NCBI GenBank assembly: GCA_000004985.1
Contig: GG738887.1
Reading direction: 5' to 3' (one strand)
DNA length: 64,000 nucleotides
From: Naegleria gruberi
Taxonomy: Eukaryota
Positions within the stretch are counted from its first letter, which is position 1, and each line of letters opens with the position of its first letter. This document shows, in pieces, positions 55,499-64,000 of this stretch. The position numbers were made by a program, and so were the translations under genes. Under the pieces are notes generated by a model. That model searched no databases and was not told the DNA's origin. It worked only from the letters and a program-made list of their open reading frames with translations.

Positions 55499-56556
55499 AT
55501 GCCAATTCTTCAATCAGATATTATTGAGATTCGTATAATCAAAGCAACTAATCTCATACCTGCCGATGTGAATGGACTCTCAGATCCTGTAAGTTTTCGT
55601 ATACGATAATAACAATTATTAAAATCATTTAGTATGTGATTGTTTCTTCGGCATTGAATTTTTATGATCAAATCAAAACTGCCATCATCCACAATAATTT
55701 AAATCCAGTGTGGGCCAATGATGAAGTTTATTCTTTCAAAAGTCCTAAAGAAGTATCATCGGGATGGAATGTTAAATTCCTAGTTTTTGATTATGATCGT
55801 ATGAAGAAGGATGATTATTTGGGTGAATATGAATTGAATATTAATGATGACAGATTTAAACCGAATGGAAACGAGGAGATTGTGAATATGACTTTGGAAA
55901 AGGTAAAACATGGTGTGTTAACAGTTGGAATTAAAGTAAAGAGAGTAAATGATGAGTTGACTAGTCCATCTCCTCGATCAAGTCATCAAAAAGATTTGGA
56001 ACATTACAAAGTTGATCATTTTCCACATCTTTGTTTCAAAGTTCCAAAAAGATTTAAATTTGACATGATGGATAAGAAGAAGACTTCAATTTCATGTCAT
56101 TATCAATATGATAATGGAGATTATGATCACATTACTGTTTCTTACTTGCCAAACATTTTACAAGAAATGACTTTTGAAAAGGCTAAATTTTACAATATTC
56201 TTAGTTTGAGAAAAACTCATAAGGAATATTCCAAACTCTCTGGAAATCAACTCATTGATGTAGAAGATGATGTTGCACAAACTCTTTTCACTTCACAATT
56301 TGCTCAAGTGTTTCGTTGGCAATGGATTTTTGTGGATTATCCTGAACAGCGTCCAACCAGAGTCTTCTTCTACATGATTAAATCTCAAACTGCCTCAAAG
56401 AGTCTTCACACAATTGTTTATAAGACAACTAGAGGATGTATTAAGAATGAAGACTCTCCATTCGATCATACTAAAGTAGATTCCAAATTGCTGAGCTCTA
56501 TTGAATTGGAAATTACAGATCTGATTAAGAGTTGTGAAAAGGTTGATAATAATTAA
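55499..56556 (+). CDS. C2-domain protein. Two exons, with a 44-nt intron at 55589..55632.
   Basis: Exon 1 MPILQSDIIEIRIIKATNLIPADVNGLSDP | gtaagt…tttag | exon 2 YVIVSSALNFYDQIKTAIIHNNLNPVWANDEVYSF…FLVFDYDRMKKDDYLGEYELNI is a canonical C2 (Ca/lipid-binding) beta-sandwich signature. Confidence 0.7.
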
Positions 56557-57257
56557 GGAGTTTCAATATTTGGAATTTAATTCATTTTGTTAATAATTTG
56601 GAAAATAAGTAGAACATCAAAAGTAAATTTCAACATTTATATGAAATTAATATTGTGTTCGTTCAGTAAGACAAATAGATTTGTATTTTGGAATCCAAGT
56701 TATTAAGAGAGAGTTGCCACTCTCTAATTGATTTCAATTTCATGGCCATCTAAGGACACTCTAATAATGATAAGCAAACAACTCAACCAATTAATTACTA
56801 CTACAGCCAAGGTCACCACCACAATCGTAACTGTAAATCAAAATCTATTGTAATCGCATTGAAATTTTCCAAAACAAGCCACCCAGTCTGTTTTGTGCGG
56901 AGCCCGTTTTGGATGAGAATTAGATTTCCAAGCCCAAAAAAAAGTCCCTCGCACTTGCCACTTGGTCCTTGTTGTTCTTGTACTTGAGACTTTGGAAAAA
57001 CTTCCAACAACTTCCGCCCCACATCCATCTCATCATCCTCAACATAACAAAAAAACCACACAACGATAGTGACCCGAATGCAACAAGTTGTTGTTGTCGA
57101 TACAAAATATCATCACCAATTGCTCAGCCTCACCTTGCAACCAATAATAGTATTAAAACCACTTGGTTTATTAGTAGTGTATTAGAGAGAAAGTTGTCTA
57201 ACTATATCTAATATAATATTCCATCCAATCTAGCCTTTTTTAAAAGAACTCAAAAGT

Positions 57258-59546
57258 ATGGGTGTCGATGCATCAAAATTGTATAGCCCGAGCACAATGC
57301 TCAATACGGCTCTAGGAAGAAATAGTTTAGAAGAAACATATCCAGAGGATTTGGAACATTTCGATCCGTTTGATAAGAATTCCAAACATTCAAATGCCAA
57401 TAATGCATTTGTAAAGAGGAAATTGCCAAAGGAAATGTGGTTACATATTGCCAGTTTCATGCCAATCAAGACTTTATGTTTGTTGGTTGGTGCCAATAAG
57501 TTTTTCTTTAAATTGTTGGTGAAACCTGACCTTGGATCTTCAACCGTATCCAAAGGAGAAGAACGAAGTAGCTTGGATATTGTGAGTCAATATTCGAGAA
57601 TTGGTTTCAATTATATTTTGGAACGATTATTGTTTAATGCATTCCCTGATTATGGAATTTTCATAACTGAAAAGAGAGAAGGATTAGAAGCAAGAAAGAG
57701 TAAAAGCTCTAGTAATGTAAAGAATTTGAAACAAGTCAAGAATGAATTATTCTATTCCAATACCTATGACAAGATGAAGGAAATTGTGACGAACCTGGAA
57801 ACTTACAGAGACTTTTCTGTGTGTTGGAAGAGATTGGATATTGAACATGCTGAACTTAATATGAAGCCTACATCCCTTTGTCTGATTGATATAACAATCT
57901 CAAAGAAGAATATTCAATATTTAATGTCTAGAAGAGGTTTGGAATATTTAGATGAAGACGAGGATCATAACAGCTATGGATTTGCAGAAGATATTTATGA
58001 TCAACCACCAGTTAATACTTGGTCAATATTCGTTAATCATGTATTCTCCCCTAAATTGAAATATTTAACAATCAATGATTGCCACTTTTCATTAGATATT
58101 CATTTTGATTGGTACAATATGAACTTGGTTCATCACTGTCCAAATCTCAAGAGAATTGAGATTAAACTTTATGAGAAATACCATGACTGGTTGTTGGACA
58201 CTATTCGTTCCTTGAAGAGTCTGGAAACAGTTACATTCCTCCCTGGTAGTGAATTGTCTTCCACTTTCTATCAAGCAGTCACAAAATCAGCAGATAACAT
58301 TTCACACATTAAGGAGTTGAACTTTTTAGATGAGTTTACCTTTGATCAACCTCTTGATTTTTTGCAAACTTTTTACAAATTAGAGAGATTGACAATTCAA
58401 CTCAGATCCTACAAGGATGTTAAATATATTCCAACAAATATTCGCTCGCTGACCATCAGTTTAGGAGGTAAATCATCCACTGAGGTTCCTAACATCAAAT
58501 TTGATTGTCTTAAACAATTAGCAGTCAAAGGTGGGGTTTTATCTCACGAACAATGGGACTCATTCCTCAAGAATACCAGTCAAAATGTTGAGCAATTTAC
58601 TATTGCTCCTGCTGAGGAGTTTAACTTTTCCAAATCATTAACATATTTTACCAAGCTGAAGACCGTTTCTATTTCTAACATTTATTTTGCTTCCTCTGAT
58701 CATTCCTCAGTGGTCTCAAAGTTTTTCACCAACAATAAGAATCTAGTATCTTTAGATATGAGTGGAAGTGTCATTAACTATACCAAATCTATTGTTAATG
58801 CATTACCAAAATCGTTGAGAGAAATTAATCTGGAAGGAACGATTGCCCAACTTCCAACTCATATCAAACTCGATAAGCTTACCTTTACTATCAATGGTAA
58901 ACAAGATGAGATTGTTCAATCGCTCGATTATAGCGTATGGAAAGAAAGTCTCAAAGAATTGTGTATATATGGATCAGAAGTTCATGGATTATTATCTGTA
59001 AATATTTGTAAATTGCAAAACTTGGAAAAGCTCGTACTTGTTGGTATTGGATTTGAAAAGATTCCAAAGGATTTCTATTCAATGAAATCTCTTAAACATA
59101 TTGACCTTTCTTCCAATCAAATAAGGGAGGTATCAAAGAAGATTGCCTATATGCAAAACCTTGAATATATTGACATTTCCAATAACAGTATTGAAAAGTT
59201 CGATGCTTCAGTATTCAAATTAATGAAAAAATTGGATCAAGTCCATTTTACAAGAAACCCATTCTACAATGGCTATGAATCCTCGCTGACTTATCAAAAA
59301 TGGTTGCACTACCCAACCTATAATACCATAGCAGCCGTATGTAAGAATAGATTTTTGGAAAAGAAGAAGAATTTATATGAAGTTTCCAATACTAGAATTC
59401 AATGGTTTGTTGAACTCTACAAACACGTCAGATTTACTGTACAGATTGAATATTTCAATATTAAACGTCAAGCTACACAAAGAAAAGCATTCAGATGTGC
59501 TATGGATAAGAGGAAATGCAATTTATTCGAATGGGATCTGATATAG
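57258..59546 (+). CDS. F-box/LRR-repeat protein with an N-terminal myristoylation consensus (MGVDAS).
   Basis: F-box-like LPKEMWLHIASFMPIKTLCLLVGANKFF. C-terminal LRRs LQNLEKLVLVGIGFEKIPKDFYSMKSLKHIDLSSNQIREVSKKIAYMQNLEYIDISNNSIEKF. MGxxxS at the N-terminus. Confidence 0.55.
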   Translation: MGVDASKLYSPSTMLNTALGRNSLEETYPEDLEHFDPFDKNSKHSNANNAFVKRKLPKEMWLHIASFMPIKTLCLLVGANKFFFKLLVKPDLGSSTVSKGEERSSLDIVSQYSRIGFNYILERLLFNAFPDYGIFITEKREGLEARKSKSSSNVKNLKQVKNELFYSNTYDKMKEIVTNLETYRDFSVCWKRLDIEHAELNMKPTSLCLIDITISKKNIQYLMSRRGLEYLDEDEDHNSYGFAEDIYDQPPVNTWSIFVNHVFSPKLKYLTINDCHFSLDIHFDWYNMNLVHHCPNLKRIEIKLYEKYHDWLLDTIRSLKSLETVTFLPGSELSSTFYQAVTKSADNISHIKELNFLDEFTFDQPLDFLQTFYKLERLTIQLRSYKDVKYIPTNIRSLTISLGGKSSTEVPNIKFDCLKQLAVKGGVLSHEQWDSFLKNTSQNVEQFTIAPAEEFNFSKSLTYFTKLKTVSISNIYFASSDHSSVVSKFFTNNKNLVSLDMSGSVINYTKSIVNALPKSLREINLEGTIAQLPTHIKLDKLTFTINGKQDEIVQSLDYSVWKESLKELCIYGSEVHGLLSVNICKLQNLEKLVLVGIGFEKIPKDFYSMKSLKHIDLSSNQIREVSKKIAYMQNLEYIDISNNSIEKFDASVFKLMKKLDQVHFTRNPFYNGYESSLTYQKWLHYPTYNTIAAVCKNRFLEKKKNLYEVSNTRIQWFVELYKHVRFTVQIEYFNIKRQATQRKAFRCAMDKRKCNLFEWDLI

Positions 59547-59699
59547 CCCGTCTGAAAATAACTCAGTTTCATTCCCAATGTAAATATTAATACCATTGTT
59601 AAATAAAATTACTAATTTATTAATTTTTGAATATTTTACAAAATTCATTGTCTATTTTTACCGCCAAACAAAAATTCTTCCAAAAACAGAACAAAAAAA

Positions 59700-62502
59700 A
59701 TGAAAAGAAAGTTTGTCACACCCTTCAAGAATCCACCCCCACCAAAGGCTGAAGACAAATCGAGTGCAACACCAACAACAACCGATGTAGCTAAATCTTC
59801 ACAATCAAATGCTAGTCAAGATGTTCCGAAGGCTAATTCAACAACTACAACAACAGCAAAGAAAAAGTTTGTCCCACCAACAAGAACAAAGCCTTCAGAA
59901 CCTACCTCTACCTCCAATGCTAACAATAATAATAATAATAGTTCAAATAATGATGAAGAGGAGGGAGAAGTGTGGATGGTCATGCATACAAAGAATTCAA
60001 ATAAGAAACATAAAACATTTGATGATGGTTTCTTATTGATAAGGAACAAAAAGTACACATTGTTTGATTCACAGGGAAAACAATTGATTGCCAAGTCTGT
60101 TTCTAAAGTAGAGTATGTAATTTACCAATGATAATTAGATGAATTTAACATTTTCAAAGAACTTTCCGAGAAAATGATCAGCTCACCCTTGGAACTAAAC
60201 TAGTTGATTTTCAATCCAAGTTGAAAATGGAGGATTACATTAGTGGTAGAATATTCCTTCAATATCAATCCAATATCACAACACCTAAAGTTAATACAAT
60301 ATCATCAGCTGCCAAGACTGAATTCAAACGTCATACTACATCCAAGACTGCAGGTTTAGGCTACAATAACACAGAAGTTCAAGTTATCAAGGCACCTGAA
60401 GGAGCCTACATTTTGAATGAAAATCATCCTGAAAAGGATAAGAATGGAAAGAAATTATCTGATGTTTTTATTGATAATTTTCTTGGAGAAAATCTCAGAC
60501 CTCATCAAGTTGAAGGTGTGAAATTTATGTACGAATGTGCCATGGGATTGAAAGATTTTGTTGGAAAGGGTTGTTTGTTGGCAGACGAAATGGGTTTAGG
60601 TAAAACCCTTCAAACCATTACTTGTAAGTTTTTTAGAAATAACTAATTATTCCTTAATTCAATTTAGTAATCTATACATTACTCAGAAGAGGTCCATTTG
60701 GATCACCAATTATTAAAAAGGCCATTGTTGTAACCAATTCATCTCTCGTAAAGAATTGGACCAGTGAATTTGATAAATGGGTTGGAGAAGATAAAATCAA
60801 AGTATTGACAGTTACTACCAAAACAGCTAAACAATCTCCATCCGAAACTTTAAAGATTTTCAAAGCTGGCTACCATCAAGTATTAATCATTTCATATAAT
60901 CTCTGTACCAATTATGTGGAGGAATTGCAAGATTGTCAATGTGATATACTTATTTGTGATGAAGGTCACAAGTTGAAGAATGCTAATATTAAGATTTTCC
61001 AAACTCTGAAAAAGATTTCTACTCCAAGAAGAATAGTACTCAGTGGTACACCTTTGCAGAATGACTTGAATGAGTTCTTTACCATTTGTGACTTTATCAA
61101 TCCTGGTTTGTTGGGTGATGCAACATCTTTCAAGAATCTCTTCACTGAGCCAATTAAAAAGAGTCAAGAACCAAATGCTAAAAAACAAGACAAGGTTATT
61201 GGTGAAAATAGATCCAAAGAGTTGAATAAGATTGTTTCTCAATTTGTTTTGAGAAGAACCAACCTTTTATTGAGACAACATTTACCTCCAAAAAGTAAGT
61301 AAGCAATTCTATTACTGTCTTAACATGTATTTTTCAGTGGAAATTGTATTATTCTGTGGTATGACTGAATTACAAGAAAATCTTTACAAACATTTTGTAC
61401 TCTCCAAAGCTCTGAGAGGTGTTATTAATGGTACTTTGGATTCAAACAATGCATTGGCTTGTATTATGCACTTGAAGAAATTATTAGCACATCCAAATAT
61501 GATCTACCCACAGGAAAACAATGAAGAAAAAGAGGAAGAGGACAATGAATTATTCGATGATATTTGGACCCAATCAAAAAAGCACTTCCCATCTGACTAC
61601 AATCCAAACGACAAGAAAGAATATCATTCCCAGTATTCTGGAAAGCTACTTGTTCTTGATAATCTATTGAGGGAAATCAGGGAAGTTGGAGATAGAGTAG
61701 TAATTGTTTCTAACTTTAAATCTGTAAGTTGTTTTTAAATTTCCAAATCCAATCTCACAAACATATACAGATTCTGAATGAAATTGAAAAATTGTGTAAA
61801 ATAAGAGACTATCCTTTGAGTAGATTGGACGGATCAACTCAATCAGAAAAGAGAATGGTAATTGTAAATAGTTTCAACTCACCAAAATCAAATGACTTTA
61901 TATTCTTGCTTTCATCCAAAGCTGGTGGTTGTGGTCTCAATTTAATTGGTGCTAACAGACTTATTATGATAGATCCTGATTGGAATCCAAGTAATGACGA
62001 ACAGGCCATGGCTCGTGTTTGGAGAGATGGTCAAAAGAAGAGTGTTTTCATCTATAGAATGATTGGTTGTGGTACTATTGAAGAAAAGATTTTCCAAAGA
62101 CAAATTGTCAAGACAGGTCTGTCTAAATCTACCCTTGATGAAAAGTCTCTCAAATCTCAATTTTCGAGTGAAATGCTTAAAGAGCTGTTCAAATATGATA
62201 ATGATATGGATTGTAAAACATACCCTGCGGATAGTAACGACCTTGATGCAATTAAGGAAAAAGATGAAGTTTTAGCTAAGGTGTTAGACGAGGAGGATGT
62301 AAAGATTCCTTTTGTCAAGATTACATTGGATACTGAGGATTCCAAAAATCAATCAAACGAAACAACCGAAGAATCAAATGTGGAAGACGAAGAAGAATCC
62401 AGTGAAGAGGATTCACTTGAATCGGATACAAAGAAGAGAAAGATTGACATGGAAGAAGGTGAGGAAGAGTTTAAATTTATTGACGAAGATGAGGATGAAT
62501 AA
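59700..62502 (+). CDS. RAD54: DNA repair and recombination helicase RAD54 (SNF2 family), at least 6 exons.
   Basis: [15 protein letters not shown]…[15 protein letters not shown]|[10 protein letters not shown]…[13 protein letters not shown]…[12 protein letters not shown]…[14 protein letters not shown]…[12 protein letters not shown]…[65 protein letters not shown] matches RAD54 almost motif for motif. Introns are gtaagt…ag types between the ORF-track pieces. Confidence 0.85.
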
Positions 62503-62684
62503 ATCTTAATTTCTGGAATAGTCAAATAATTTACCTAATACTTTAAATGATGTCATATCTGAATTGAAAAAAATCTAGGATATTTCAAAACGTAACCAAT
62601 GGCTCTTTCCAATAATTCACAATTGATTTATTAAATATGAATATTAATAATAATTTAAAATTAATATTAAAATTGTAAAAAAAA

Positions 62685-63149
62685 ATGAGAGCAATTATTC
62701 AACGGGTTAATCATGCCAGTGTGACCGTAGCCAACAATCTCATCAGTCAAATTCAAAGAGGCATGATGGTATTAATCGGAATTGAAAAAACAGACACCAA
62801 AGAAGATATGGAATATATTGTTAAAAAGATAATTAATACACGTTTGTGGGATGATGATAATGGAAAGGCTTGGAATGCAAGTGTAAAGGAAAAGAATTAT
62901 GAAATTCTTCTTGTTTCCCAATTTACTCTCTATCATAAATTCAAGGGAAATAAATTGGATTTTCATTGTGCTATGAAAACGGAGGAAGCTAGGAATTTCT
63001 TTGCTGAAATTGTTGCTGAAGTAAAGAAGAATCACAATTCGGAAAGTTTGGTGAAGGAAGGAGCTTTTGGAGAATATATGGATTGTACATTGTCGAATGA
63101 TGGACCAGTGACAATTATTGTGGATAGTAGAAATAAAAACACAGTGTAG
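62685..63149 (+). CDS. DTD1: D-aminoacyl-tRNA deacylase (DTD).
   Basis: MRAIIQRVNHASVTV…MMVLIGIEKTDTKEDMEYIVKKIINTRLWDD…LVSQFTLY…NDGPVTIIVDS. The SQFTLY and NDGPVT (Gly-cisPro) motifs and the 150-aa length are diagnostic. Confidence 0.85.
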   Translation: MRAIIQRVNHASVTVANNLISQIQRGMMVLIGIEKTDTKEDMEYIVKKIINTRLWDDDNGKAWNASVKEKNYEILLVSQFTLYHKFKGNKLDFHCAMKTEEARNFFAEIVAEVKKNHNSESLVKEGAFGEYMDCTLSNDGPVTIIVDSRNKNTV

Positions 63150-64000
63150 TTATAGGAATTCACTGTTAATTATTATTACTACTAGTATTAATATGAATAA
63201 TATTTTAAATGGAATAGTTTGATAAGGTATTTTTTCATTGGAATGCATAGAACAATAGGAGAAACTGTCAGTTCATGATCCATTCCTTTTCAGATTAGTT
63301 TCCTTGTGATCTGTGACCATTGTTAGTGAATTGGGTTCTTTATCTAATTTCAGTCCATATTTTGATTTCGATCAAAACCTCCAAATGGAATCTAACTTAT
63401 TGAGAAGGACCAGTTTCTAACAACGATCATTCCTCTCTCGTAATCCAAATGCACCACCCTGCACTCAACAAATATATTGATGATTCTAACAATTAATAAT
63501 GGGAATACAATTGCTCCTTTTCCTACTACCACCACTTTACCGTAAAACACATCTTGTACAGGTTCTTAAGGAACATTGAAAAAGGAATTTTAATTCTCAA
63601 ATCAGCTAACGTTGACGTCCAATAACAAAGATAATCATGTTCACCACATGTGTTGTTTTCTTTGCATATGATGAGATAAAACAATAATACAGAGTTACCA
63701 TAAAGCCATCAAATCATTCGTGAAACTTAACGTTGTTGGTGAGTCATCAGGAAGAATGTCATTGGACGCCTTATTATATTTTTAAATTACCGCGCCAATT
63801 CAAGTGTGCGTATGTGGGCAAGGAGTTTTGAGCTTGGAACGTTGTTGTTCGCAAAGTGATGCTGATTTTTGTTGCCACCTTCCAACAAGCTTCAACAATT
63901 ACAAAAAATTTAAAATGAATCCAGAATAGTAGGTGTCCGTTACTTTGATTCGTTAACCTTCTTGCTTTTCGTGTTGTTATTTTCGTGGTCATAACGATTG

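Noticed and set aside
56813-57211. Small ORFs in the 700-nt region upstream of the F-box/LRR gene.
   Set aside because: They are short, overlap each other on both strands, and have low-complexity translations. The region is more likely promoter or 5' UTR.
1-64000. Possibility that the window is a prokaryotic or phage accessory island (operons, defence systems, CRISPR).
   Set aside because: Multiple genes are split by canonical GT…AG introns that restore conserved motifs (calpain, PP2C, PPP, Elongin C, SNase, RAD54). The gene content is eukaryotic (MOB, TBCB, Elongin C, mitochondrial carrier, serpin, RAD54). There are no Shine-Dalgarno-spaced operons. N-gaps are typical of a draft eukaryotic scaffold.

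Overview
This 64 kb window is nuclear DNA from an AT-rich (roughly two-thirds A+T) unicellular eukaryote, not a prokaryote. It carries about 33 protein-coding genes on both strands at about one gene per 2 kb. Many genes have short GT..AG spliceosomal introns of 36–156 nt, with GTAAGT, GTATGT or GTTAGT donors; one intron has a TACTAAC branch-point-like box. There are three N-runs that look like scaffold gaps, so this is a draft assembly. Gene content, compactness and intron style fit an amoeboid protist such as a heterolobosean or amoebozoan, but I cannot name the organism from sequence alone.

Recognisable genes:
- METTL25-like methyltransferase
- receptor-like Ser/Thr kinase with a beta-helix (PMP/pectin-lyase-like) ectodomain
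- DMT/SLC35-like transporter
- type II membrane glycosyltransferase
- Elongin C (two exons, missed by the ORF track)
- LCL3-type staphylococcal-nuclease-like endonuclease
- MOB kinase activator
- tubulin cofactor B
- serpin
- PP2A/PP4/PP6-family phosphatase paralogue in which two catalytic Asp are replaced by Asn (candidate pseudophosphatase)
- a roughly 2,900-aa receptor kinase with about 16 NHL blades, 13 EGF-like modules, one transmembrane segment and a C-terminal kinase
- calpain-like protease with a Q/N-rich N-terminus
- long disordered S/T/P-rich protein with a repeated FAMFEKK motif
- N-myristoylated PP2C
- multi-intron mitochondrial carrier
- RNI-type LRR protein broken by a gap
- two F-box/LRR proteins
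- C2-domain protein
- RAD54 recombination helicase
- D-aminoacyl-tRNA deacylase

I found no rRNA, tRNA, CRISPR array or transposon that I can support. The most unusual content is two lineage-specific receptor kinases, one of them giant and internally repetitive, plus the catalytically compromised phosphatase paralogue.
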